Part shown: positions 55,809 to 64,000 of the stretch, in pieces
Numbering within the stretch: the stretch's first letter is position 1
Layout: the number at the start of each line of letters is the position of its first letter
Source: Fulvivirga sp.
GTDB taxonomy: Bacteria; Bacteroidota; Bacteroidia; Cytophagales; Cyclobacteriaceae
DNA length: 64,000 nt
Direction: 5' to 3'
Assembly: GCA_965284555.1 (NCBI GenBank)
Contig: OZ260091.1
Location: forward strand, 1,656,139-1,720,138
Notes under the pieces: generated by a model
What the model was told of the DNA's origin: nothing
Seen by the model: the letters and a program-made list of their open reading frames with translations, nothing else
Databases searched by the model: none
Program-made: the position numbers and the translations under genes

Positions 55809-56612
55809 ATGGCACTACACGCAAGTAAATTTCACAGGCCAATGGCTCTCAGGGTAGTAGAGCATAAGCAGCCTAAACAAAAGTTGGTAAAATTTTGGGA
55901 TGAGGCCAAGCTCTTTAATGACCTCAACGCCATAAAAATTGCAAAGAGAAAGGCGGCCGTAGCCTGGGCTCCCACTATTATGAGTATAGGTGTTTTCTTA
56001 AGTTTAGCATTTGTAGTGTTAATATTTGAATGGCGTACTTATGAGAAGGCACCCATTGTTAACCTAATGCAAACAAGTATAATAGAAGAAGATTTTTTGG
56101 ATATACCTCCAACACAACAACCACCACCAGAAGTAAAAGTTCTCCAACAACCTAATATTGTTGAAGTTAAAGATGTAGAGGAGATTATAGAGGAAATAAA
56201 AGTCGACTTTGACCTAGAAATAACTGAAGACGCAATTATTGAAATGCAAGAGGTTATCGACCAAGAAAAGCCTGAAGAAGAGGCTGCTGATGAAGTTTTT
56301 ACCATTGTAGAAGTGGCTCCTGCACCTAAGAATGGTCTGCAAAATTTCTTTTCATACATATACCAAAACATCAATTACCCACGCAAAGCCATCAATGCCC
56401 AAGTACAAGGTAAAGTCTTTGTTCAGTTTGTTGTAAACGCAGACGGTACACTGGTAGATTTTGAAGTGGTGAAGGGTATTGGTATGGGCTGCGATGAAGA
56501 GGCCGTGAGAGTACTTCAAAGTGCACCTGCATGGAATCCAGGCAAGCAACGTGGTAAACCAGTGCGGGTCCGCATGATTTTACCAATAAACTTTATTATT
56601 CGTGAGAAGTAA
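55809..56612 (+). CDS. tonB: Energy transducer TonB
   Basis: TM ending IFEW, Pro-rich PPTQQPPP spacer, C-domain YPRKAINAQVQGKVFVQFVV..WNPGKQRGKPVRV; degenerate box cggac-aaaa-atcag at 55723-55736. Confidence 0.88.
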   Translation: MALHASKFHRPMALRVVEHKQPKQKLVKFWDEAKLFNDLNAIKIAKRKAAVAWAPTIMSIGVFLSLAFVVLIFEWRTYEKAPIVNLMQTSIIEEDFLDIPPTQQPPPEVKVLQQPNIVEVKDVEEIIEEIKVDFDLEITEDAIIEMQEVIDQEKPEEEAADEVFTIVEVAPAPKNGLQNFFSYIYQNINYPRKAINAQVQGKVFVQFVVNADGTLVDFEVVKGIGMGCDEEAVRVLQSAPAWNPGKQRGKPVRVRMILPINFIIREK

Positions 56613-56682
56613 ATGTAGGGTTGAAATCCTAGTCCTAATTCTTATAGAACAAGACAATTATTAGGAACTGAAGTCACAAAGG

Positions 56683-56712
56683 GCAGATAGCATCTTGGCT
56701 ATCTGCTTTTTA
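56683..56712. terminator. Bidirectional terminator
   Basis: gcagatagc / gctatctgc followed by tttt, between convergent tonB and yceI2. Confidence 0.7.
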
Positions 56713-57291
56713 TTTCATACTAATTTTTAGATTTAACTCAACGAAAATCGTTTCGTTCACTTTAATCAAACCCATCATAGCGGTAGGAGGGTCAATTCCA
56801 AATTCTTTAATATCAAATTCTGATTTGAAATTTATATGAAATGATTTAGCATCGATTGGTAAAACTTCATACTTCAAAAAATACTTGTTGGTTTTACCGG
56901 CTATGGTAATCAGGGTTTCAGCTCTAGAATCATTAAAATCGATGGGATCGAAATTTTCAATATTTAAAAGTTGAAAATGCATAAAAGGAAATTTTTCACC
57001 TTTCAGCGTTTTTTTCATATCGCGAGTAATATAATTACTCTCACAATCAAATTTTTCTACGGTAAGGCTAAATTTTGTATTGTCAAAAGATATAAAACCA
57101 TCTTTTGCTTCATAACAAACACTCAACTGTTCTCCACAAAAGCCTTCTACTATTCTACAGTCAAATTCATTTACGTTGGATACTCCACTTAACCTAAAGC
57201 TACTTTCTGGCTCAATAATTACCATTGTGGTAGTTTGGGCAAAAGCAATACTTGGCACTAGTAATGAGAGAGAAACAAGGATTGATTTCAT
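56710..57291 (-). CDS. Second YceI-family protein (two conserved-looking Cys)
   Basis: Signal peptide; GVSNVNEFDC, FDCESNYITRDMKKTL, ITIAG and FGIDPPTAMMGLIKV. Confidence 0.8.
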   Translation of the reverse strand: MKSILVSLSLLVPSIAFAQTTTMVIIEPESSFRLSGVSNVNEFDCRIVEGFCGEQLSVCYEAKDGFISFDNTKFSLTVEKFDCESNYITRDMKKTLKGEKFPFMHFQLLNIENFDPIDFNDSRAETLITIAGKTNKYFLKYEVLPIDAKSFHINFKSEFDIKEFGIDPPTAMMGLIKVNETIFVELNLKISMK

Positions 57292-57343
57292 AATATTTGG
57301 TCGTTAAATCAACCAAATTTGACACTTATAAGTTCAAATAAAT

Positions 57344-57357
57344 ATGACGGCAATCAG
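57344..57357. promoter_or_regulatory. Crp/Fnr-type box upstream of yceI2
   Basis: atgac-ggca-atcag, 53 nt before the minus-strand ATG. Confidence 0.65.
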
Positions 57358-57379
57358 TGTATTCTCTGATAGAAATAAG

Positions 57380-58453
57380 TTAACGAGCAAAATGCCACTT
57401 TTGTATTTTTTTGAGCTTCTCCAAGTCTTTAATCACTATTTTGCCCCCATTTGACTCAATGATATTTTCATCTTTTAAATCTGATAACACTCTAATGACC
57501 GATTCGGTAGCTGTCCCTACCAAGTTCGACAGATCATCCCTAGATACTTTTATGCCATTAAGATCAGATTCTTTTTCTTTAAATTTTTCGTAAATAGTAA
57601 GCAAAGCCCCCGCTGTTCTTTGCCTTACAGAATTGTAAGCCAAATCAATTAGTGCTTGTTCTTTTTCTTCAATATTATTAGATAGTAGCTGAATAAATTT
57701 TTTGGCCACCTCCCTGTTAGAGTAAAGCAACTCGAAGAAGTCAATTTTAGGTATTTGAATTATATGGGTGTCTTCTATGGCTTCTGCAGAGTCTAAATGT
57801 TCTGTTTCTTTTAGTAAGGCCTCATATCCAAAATATTCTCCATTAGTGTATATACCCGTTATCAGCTCCTTTCCGTCTTCATTGGTTTTTATGGTTTTTA
57901 CCTTCCCCTTTTCAACCAAATAAAGGTGATTGGCATAATCTCCTTCTCTAAATATTTCATTTTTCTTTTTGAATAACCGAGAGCGGTGGCCTGAATTTAG
58001 ACTCTCCAGATTGTGGAGTTTTTGCACATCGGTGATAAAATTATTCAATCCGTCAGAATCATTTTGATAATCCTTTTTTAAGGCATCAACCTTTCTTAGT
58101 CGCGATTCAATAGCATCTAAAAGCTCTGTATCATCAAATGGCTTTGTTAAATAATCATCAGCACCAAGAGCCATACCCTTGCGCATATCCGAGCGTTCAG
58201 CCTTAGCCGTAAGAAAAATAAAGGGAATTGTAGCAGTTGATTCTTTTTTTGATAGGATATGTAATACTCCATAGCCGTCAAGCTCAGGCATCATAATATC
58301 ACAAATAATTAAATCAGGATTGGCTGACATGGCCATTTCAACTCCCTTTTTGCCATTCTCAGCCAAAATAGGCTCATAGTCGGCCAGGGTCAAAATTTCA
58401 CCTATATTCTCCCTAATTTCTGTGTTATCTTCAATAATTAGTACTTTTCTCAT
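57380..58453 (-). CDS. Hybrid response regulator: REC + cNMP-binding + Crp HTH
   Basis: IIEDN, LIICDIMMP (phospho-Asp), LTKPF; FREGDYANHLY..GEYFG; HTH SRDDLSNLVGTATESVIR. Confidence 0.9.
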   Translation of the reverse strand: MRKVLIIEDNTEIRENIGEILTLADYEPILAENGKKGVEMAMSANPDLIICDIMMPELDGYGVLHILSKKESTATIPFIFLTAKAERSDMRKGMALGADDYLTKPFDDTELLDAIESRLRKVDALKKDYQNDSDGLNNFITDVQKLHNLESLNSGHRSRLFKKKNEIFREGDYANHLYLVEKGKVKTIKTNEDGKELITGIYTNGEYFGYEALLKETEHLDSAEAIEDTHIIQIPKIDFFELLYSNREVAKKFIQLLSNNIEEKEQALIDLAYNSVRQRTAGALLTIYEKFKEKESDLNGIKVSRDDLSNLVGTATESVIRVLSDLKDENIIESNGGKIVIKDLEKLKKIQKWHFAR

Positions 58454-59703
58454 AATGGTAATGTCACAATAAAGGTGGTGCCTTCATTAACTTTACTGAT
58501 AAAATTAATAGACCCACTTAGCATTTCAATATATTTTTTCACAATATTTAAACCCAGACCAGTTCCTTGAATATTGGTAGCGTTTTTTGCTCTAAAAAAA
58601 CGTTCGAAGAGGTGCTTTTGCTCTTGCTCCGGTATTCCCATTCCTTTATCAATGATTTCGAAAACGAGTTTGTGATTATCAGCCTTTAAATTAAACGTGA
58701 TTGTTTTATTCTCATCAGAATATTTAATGGCATTGGACATTAAATTGATAATAATATTTTTGAGTAGCTTGTTATCAGATTTAATCATCAACGACTCTAT
58801 ATTTTTGGAGAATTGAATTTTTTGGCCACTTTTCAAGAGAGGTTCCATTTCACCCATCACAGTTTTGGCAAGCTCCACAACTTCAAATTCACACGTTGTC
58901 AATTCTATTTTACCTTCTTCAAGTTTTGCCAATGAAAGAAAATCATTCAAAATGTTATTTAAGTTGCTAATAGAAGATTTTATTTTTTCAACGTGGGAGA
59001 GTCTTTTTTCAGTTGTTCCCGGCTCATTGTATTTAGCAATCAGCGAAGCTGAAGATAAAATTGTACTTAATGGAGTTCTAAACTCATGACTAGCCATGGA
59101 GACAAATCGCGATTTTAACTCATTGAGCTCTCGTTCTTTTTCTAAGGCTATGCGGGCATCCTCTTCGGCCTTTTTTCTTACTTCAACTTGCTCATTAAGG
59201 TCAATATTGGCCTTTTCTAATTGAGCAATGGTTTTATCTAATTCTTTTGTTCTCTCGCTTACCCTGTTTTCCAATTCGGTAGCATATACAATTAACTGTT
59301 CTTCGCTTTTGCGTAAGGCTTCTTCAATCAACTTTCTTTCCGAAATGTTGATGATAAAAGCTACCGTATGATATTTGCCATTAAGAATTGCCTGGTTTAA
59401 ACTTACCTCTACCGGAAATTCTTCACCACTTTTTTTAACAGCCAATAAATCACGGCCTTTCCCCATCACTCTGGGGTGTGGGTTTTTATGATAATTAGCC
59501 CTATGATGAACATGAATTTTGCGTAAGGGAGTGGGCACCAGCATATCAATAGAAACTCCATTCATTTCTTCATCTTCATAACCAAAGAGCTTTTTAGCAG
59601 ATTTATTGGCCAGTACAATTAGCCCAATATCATCTACAACCAAAATTCCTTCTTCACAGGCTTCAAAAATGGCTTCGTAAGTAGGGGTGTTAGATGCTGT
59701 CAT
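58450..59703 (-). CDS. Cytoplasmic PAS histidine kinase with a FixL-like heme-PAS domain
   Basis: LVPTPLRKIH..Y..PRVMGKGRDLLAVKKSGEEFPVEVSL; ASHEFRTPL; NLMSNAIKYS, DKGMGI and GTGLGL; no TM segments. Confidence 0.88.
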   Translation of the reverse strand: MTASNTPTYEAIFEACEEGILVVDDIGLIVLANKSAKKLFGYEDEEMNGVSIDMLVPTPLRKIHVHHRANYHKNPHPRVMGKGRDLLAVKKSGEEFPVEVSLNQAILNGKYHTVAFIINISERKLIEEALRKSEEQLIVYATELENRVSERTKELDKTIAQLEKANIDLNEQVEVRKKAEEDARIALEKERELNELKSRFVSMASHEFRTPLSTILSSASLIAKYNEPGTTEKRLSHVEKIKSSISNLNNILNDFLSLAKLEEGKIELTTCEFEVVELAKTVMGEMEPLLKSGQKIQFSKNIESLMIKSDNKLLKNIIINLMSNAIKYSDENKTITFNLKADNHKLVFEIIDKGMGIPEQEQKHLFERFFRAKNATNIQGTGLGLNIVKKYIEMLSGSINFISKVNEGTTFIVTLPL

Positions 59704-59715
59704 GTTGCTAAAATA

Positions 59716-59729
59716 ATGATAAAAATCAG
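59716..59729. promoter_or_regulatory. Crp/Fnr-type box between divergent kinase and USP genes
   Basis: atgat-aaaa-atcag. Confidence 0.65.
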
Positions 59730-59799
59730 GATTTCATTTGACACCTGTTCTCCATGGAGCCAAATCACCTTTTTAAATTGCACCATATAAGAAGTACCG

Positions 59800-60228
59800 A
59801 TGTCTACAAAGAAGGTTTTATTTCCAACAGATTTCACCCGAGAATCGCTTAAATGCATGAAAGAGGCTATAGCCCACTGCGAACAGACTGGCGCAGAACT
59901 TATCGTTTTATATACTTACCGACTTATTAAACCTTTGGGCAATACAATGATGAGTACTACTTCTATTAAGCGAGAATTAGATGATCGTGCCAAACGGAAA
60001 TTTGAGGAGATAAGGGAGCAATATTTTAAGGATACACCTGTGCCATATCAATTATTGTCAGAAGTAGGATTTATGCTTGATAGAGTCGCCTATCATATTG
60101 AACACCAAAATATTGATCAAATTCTTATTTGTGATGGCATTTATCAACAATTAAAATCAAATATGGTGGTAGATAAGCAAGGCAAAAAAATGCTCAACAG
60201 GCGTCCGGTGGAGTTATTATCTGCCTAA
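59800..60228 (+). CDS. Universal stress protein (USP domain, degenerate)
   Basis: KVLFPTDFT..A...GAELIVLY N-terminus; 142 aa; lacks a clear G-x2-G-x9-G(S/T) motif. Confidence 0.75.
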   Translation: MSTKKVLFPTDFTRESLKCMKEAIAHCEQTGAELIVLYTYRLIKPLGNTMMSTTSIKRELDDRAKRKFEEIREQYFKDTPVPYQLLSEVGFMLDRVAYHIEHQNIDQILICDGIYQQLKSNMVVDKQGKKMLNRRPVELLSA

Positions 60229-60311
60229 CCTATATTTTTACCGTATATCCTTTAAAAATTTCTATAATTTGAATAGAAACATTACCTTCATGCTGGTTTA
60301 TCTGGCTGCCC

Positions 60312-62882
60312 ATGACTAGAATTTTGGTATCGCTTTTCTTCTTTATTTCTACTTTTTCGTTTGCTGATGTCGACAGCCTCGAAAATGTATTAAATAAAAC
60401 GATAAACCCTCGCGATAAAGTTATTATTTACAATTTATTGGCCAATGAATATTGGCATTCTAATACCACACGAGCGATGCTTTGCTCAGACTCGGCCTAT
60501 TCATTAGCGCTTAAACATGATATAAAAGGGCAAGATTTATTAGATGCGATTGTGAATAAAGGTATTACAGCCTACACCTTAGGGCAATATTTTGAAGCTT
60601 CTAATTTTTATAACCAAGCAATCAAATTAGCCATAGATTCTGATTTACGCCCTTACACCTACGTGGAACTTCAATTCAACCTTTTAAGAAAGCAAGGGGC
60701 GTATAAGCAAATTATTCAAAAAGTAGATTCTATTTTGAAATTTGACCAGAATGTAGCCGATTTCAAAGATAAGTTTTTGAACATAAAAGTGGTGGCTCAC
60801 ATTGATTTAGGTCAAGCTATAGAAGCAGGTGAGTTAATAAGGTCGTTGGAAAAGCAGGATTCACTCAATATTGCGCAGAGTTCTTTCAATTTAACAAAAG
60901 CTTCCTATTACAACATTGTTGGTAATTATGATCAAGCAATCAGTATTTTAGATAGCACACTAATAATCTACCAAAATCAAGGAGATTCGCTTGAAATGGC
61001 CAAAGTTTTCAAGCAAATGGCGCTTACTTATCTTCTTCAGGGTCAATACGATAAAGTACTTACCTTTAGTAATAATGCATTAGAAATTTACACCAAAGCA
61101 AACTATCCATACGGTATAGCACAAGCCTATTATGTACTGGGTTCATTATATGCAGAAATGGGAAAGAATGAGCTGGCTGTTGAATATTATTATAAAGCAC
61201 TTCCAATATATGAAAGTCAAACAAATAAAAAGGAGCTGGCTTTAACTTATAATGATCTTGCTTATTTATATGCAAGGCAAGACAAATCAAAGGCATTTGA
61301 ATATCTCAATAAGTCAATAAATATCTCTAGAAAAATAGGGGACCTAAACACAGAAGGTACCTCGTTTAATTTTATGGGGATATTTTTTGATCAACTTAAA
61401 AAATATGATAGTGCCATTTGGGCATATAATAAGTCAATTTCACTAAGGCAAAGTATCAACTATGAGCGTGGCGTTGCCGCTGTTGAGTTTAATAAGGGTT
61501 CCATCTATGAAAAATTGGGAGATTATGACAAGGCAATTGCCTTATATCTAAGAAGTTACGAAGTAGATACGAGAATTGGAAATGTGATTGGGATGGCTAT
61601 TAGTGAGTATTATTTAGGAGGCCTTATGACCAAAATGAAAAAATTTGCAGAGGCTAAAATCTATTTTGATAAGGCATTAAAAAAATTACGAGATAGAAAG
61701 GCTAATGTCTATCTCATAGAATGCCTGCAAAAAGTAGCCACGTATTATGAGGCCATCAATGATGCACCACAAGCACTCAAATATTATAAGGAATATATTG
61801 CACTAAAAGAAACGGTTTTTAACCTAGAAACGGAAATCAGATTGGCGGAGTTAGAAGAACGTGCAGAATTGGACAAGAAAAATAAGGAAATTGAAATTTT
61901 AAATTTAGCCAATAAGAACCGTCAACAGGATATTCTTATCCAAGAGAAAACAATTGCTAATCAGCGCTTTTTGATAGGATTTATAAGTTTTGGCATTGTT
62001 AGTGTTTCGCTTTTGCTCCTAATAACTTTCAGGTTATTAAAAATAAGAAGTAAAACCAATAAGCAACTCGAAAAGCTCAATAGGGAAATTACTGAGCAAG
62101 CTGAGGAGATCACTGCTCAAGCAGAAGAGCTCAAAGAAGCTAATGAAGAAATTTCATTACTCAATGAAGGATTGGAAGCCACTGTTAGTCGCAGAACAAA
62201 CGAGCTCAAATTGGCAAAGAAGGAATTGGATACCTTCTTTTACCATGCCTCACACGATTTTAGAAGACCTCTTACTACATTTTTAGGATTAGCAGAGATT
62301 GCACAATCTATTTTAGATGATCCTAAGGCACTTGAACTATTTGATAAGGTACGCGAAACAGCCGGAAGCCTAGATAGAATGGTATCAAAATTAAAGGCCA
62401 TCAGTATTATTGGTTTTGAGAAAAACAAATTTTCTGATATTGATATGCTGGCCTTAATCAATGCTATATTGGCCAAACAAAAAACACTGATTAATCAAAG
62501 TAAAATAGAAGTCCGGCTTAATATTCAAGCCACGCATTATTACTCATCATATGACTTGGTGGAGATCATTTTAGAAAATCTAATCGAAAATGCCGTATTA
62601 TATAGCGATTTACACAAACAATCATGGATTTCAATTGCAAATAGTCAATATGCAAATAAGTTATTGATTACAGTCAGTGATAACGGACAGGGTATTGATG
62701 ATAGCCTGACACCGCGCATATTTGATATGTACTACAGGGCGAATGAAGCTTCTCAAGGAAATGGACTTGGTTTGTACATAGCTAAAATGGCCACTGAAAA
62801 ACTAAAAGGGGAAATCACCTTCGAAACTAAGCTCGGGGAGGGGACAATTTTTACAATTAAGTTGCCCAATACCGAAAAGTAA
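60312..62882 (+). CDS. TPR-containing membrane sensor histidine kinase
   Basis: Signal peptide, periplasmic TPRs, TM (FLIGFISFGIVSVSLLLLI), ASHDFRRPL, NLIENA, DNGQGI and GNGLGL. Confidence 0.9.
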   Translation: MTRILVSLFFFISTFSFADVDSLENVLNKTINPRDKVIIYNLLANEYWHSNTTRAMLCSDSAYSLALKHDIKGQDLLDAIVNKGITAYTLGQYFEASNFYNQAIKLAIDSDLRPYTYVELQFNLLRKQGAYKQIIQKVDSILKFDQNVADFKDKFLNIKVVAHIDLGQAIEAGELIRSLEKQDSLNIAQSSFNLTKASYYNIVGNYDQAISILDSTLIIYQNQGDSLEMAKVFKQMALTYLLQGQYDKVLTFSNNALEIYTKANYPYGIAQAYYVLGSLYAEMGKNELAVEYYYKALPIYESQTNKKELALTYNDLAYLYARQDKSKAFEYLNKSINISRKIGDLNTEGTSFNFMGIFFDQLKKYDSAIWAYNKSISLRQSINYERGVAAVEFNKGSIYEKLGDYDKAIALYLRSYEVDTRIGNVIGMAISEYYLGGLMTKMKKFAEAKIYFDKALKKLRDRKANVYLIECLQKVATYYEAINDAPQALKYYKEYIALKETVFNLETEIRLAELEERAELDKKNKEIEILNLANKNRQQDILIQEKTIANQRFLIGFISFGIVSVSLLLLITFRLLKIRSKTNKQLEKLNREITEQAEEITAQAEELKEANEEISLLNEGLEATVSRRTNELKLAKKELDTFFYHASHDFRRPLTTFLGLAEIAQSILDDPKALELFDKVRETAGSLDRMVSKLKAISIIGFEKNKFSDIDMLALINAILAKQKTLINQSKIEVRLNIQATHYYSSYDLVEIILENLIENAVLYSDLHKQSWISIANSQYANKLLITVSDNGQGIDDSLTPRIFDMYYRANEASQGNGLGLYIAKMATEKLKGEITFETKLGEGTIFTIKLPNTEK

Positions 62883-63178
62883 TTAACGTTTTAATAAAAG
62901 TAATTTTAAGTTTAATCCGGCAAATGAACATATTTGCTCACATACTTCGATATTTTGACATGATTTATTCAGAATTATATTTTGTAATACAAGAATATTA
63001 ATTCAATATTAAGAATTTATATATTGCTTAATGTAAATATACAGTATATAATTTCAATTATGTTCATTTTTGCAGAACCTCGTTTTAAGCTCAGTTTTTT
63101 TTCTCATCTAACTTTAATAAAAACTTACATTGGCTTGTATGTCAATTACTTAGGTGAAATTCTCAGAAATCAGCACAC

Positions 63179-63186
63179 TACCTTTG
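63179..63186 (+). promoter_or_regulatory. Bacteroidota sigma70 -7 element
   Basis: tacctttg (TAnnTTTG) 26 nt upstream of the ATG at 63212. Confidence 0.55.
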
Positions 63187-63211
63187 CAACATAATTTAAA
63201 ACCCAAACAAA

Positions 63212-63775
63212 ATGAAAAAATCAATTGTGGTGCTCGCTTTTTTAGCAGCAAGTTTAGGAGCGTTTGCCTCAGGAGTTTCAAAAATTAAAGTAGCAACGGA
63301 TTCATCAGCTACTTTTAAAGTGTATTATACCAATACAGAAGCTCAAAAAGTAACAGTAAATATTTTTAACAAAAAGGGAAAAAAAGTATTTACTGAAGTA
63401 ATCAAGAATGAAAAAGGCTTTGTTCGCCCATACAACATGAGTGAATTACCTGCAGGTGTATATTCTATTCAAATTATTGACAATCAAGAAGTTAAAAACT
63501 TTGATGTAGAGTTTAAGGCCAATAATAATGCTGATAGTGCCCTGTCTGTTTTTATCAATAATTTCGGAGAAAATAAATTTTTCTTAGGAATGGGTAATGG
63601 CTCAAATGATAAGGTTACGATTAGAATAATAAATAGTAATAATGAAGAACTGTATACGGCTGATGAAGTTGTAGTCAATCAGTTTGCACAACTATTCAAT
63701 ATTGCCTCTGCAAATAAGGGAGTAACTTTTCAAATTTTTAAAGGCGATAAATTAATTAAAGAAACTTCTTTTTAA
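63212..63775 (+). CDS. Small secreted protein with two Ig-like, T9SS-CTD-like domains
   Basis: Signal peptide; two ~80-aa units with V(T/N)I(F/I)N..(KKVF/EELY)T pattern; YNMSELPAGVYSIQI. Confidence 0.7.
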   Translation: MKKSIVVLAFLAASLGAFASGVSKIKVATDSSATFKVYYTNTEAQKVTVNIFNKKGKKVFTEVIKNEKGFVRPYNMSELPAGVYSIQIIDNQEVKNFDVEFKANNNADSALSVFINNFGENKFFLGMGNGSNDKVTIRIINSNNEELYTADEVVVNQFAQLFNIASANKGVTFQIFKGDKLIKETSF

Positions 63776-63798
63776 GGTTAAATAGGTTTATTCAAATC

Positions 63799-63835
63799 AC
63801 CCTGACTTGCTTTATCGCGGTCAGGGTTTTTTATT
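63799..63835 (+). terminator. Intrinsic terminator
   Basis: accctgac / gtcagggt followed by a T-run. Confidence 0.75.
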
Positions 63836-64000
63836 TTAAACTAAATTTACTTCCGGGCAACATTACACTTACTTCTAAGTTATTTGCACCAAGCAAATCA
63901 CCCAATAATAATTTCTTTTCATCTCTATTCTTTACAAGTATAACCTGAGACTCTCCTAACACTGTTGCACTATCTTGATCAACTAAAATTGCTGTGGCCT

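Noticed and set aside
4100-62476. Numerous short track ORFs antisense or out of frame within long genes (e.g. 4100-4405, 9591-9845, 12587-12889, 39850-40101, 56039-56374, 62240-62476)
   Set aside because: They overlap well-supported genes, lack motifs and look like shadow ORFs
10251-62971. Identical atgatttattca at 10251 and 62960, upstream of two secreted-protein genes
   Set aside because: A 12-nt AT-rich match is plausible by chance and the spacing to the starts differs
1-64000. tRNA, rRNA, riboswitch or integrase genes
   Set aside because: None recognised by eye; tRNAscan-SE and Infernal/Rfam were not run

Overview
Chromosomal segment from an AT-rich Bacteroidota genome, probably Cytophagales-like. 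Evidence: a T9SS C-terminal sorting domain, a short RpoD-type sigma lacking region 1.1, fused ccoNO, a lipoprotein clade II nosZ and TAnnTTTG promoter motifs. Bases 1-2.1 kb are a patchwork of broken genes: a PhzF pseudogene, an IS256-like transposase remnant and two other truncated genes. Bases 2-28 kb are mostly housekeeping genes (cobB, tex, rsmE, gltA, ppa, sodC, queE, an RpoD-like sigma) plus a ~3,000-aa T9SS-secreted protein built from three ~950-aa-period modules. Bases 28-60 kb form a low-oxygen/nitrogen-oxide respiration island: ccoI-ccoS, mlaEFD, dinB-hemN-crp, ric, cytochrome c-fasciclin-nosZ-nosB-nosLDFY, an unknown 3x-His membrane protein, ccoNO-Q-P-G-H-dsbD-like-CoA transferase, YceI-OM barrel-TonB-YceI, a REC-Crp hybrid regulator, a FixL-like heme-PAS kinase and a USP. 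The strongest unannotated signal is a palindromic Crp/Fnr-type box (nTGAY-N4-RTCAn), with 9 perfect copies in front of almost every transcription unit of the island. It implies one regulon that includes unexpected members: an MCE/Mla transporter, YceI proteins with an unknown outer-membrane barrel, DinB and a USP. The likely controller is the local FixL-like kinase with its REC-Crp partner. No tRNA, rRNA or CRISPR array was recognised. All family assignments are from motif recognition by eye; no database search was run.
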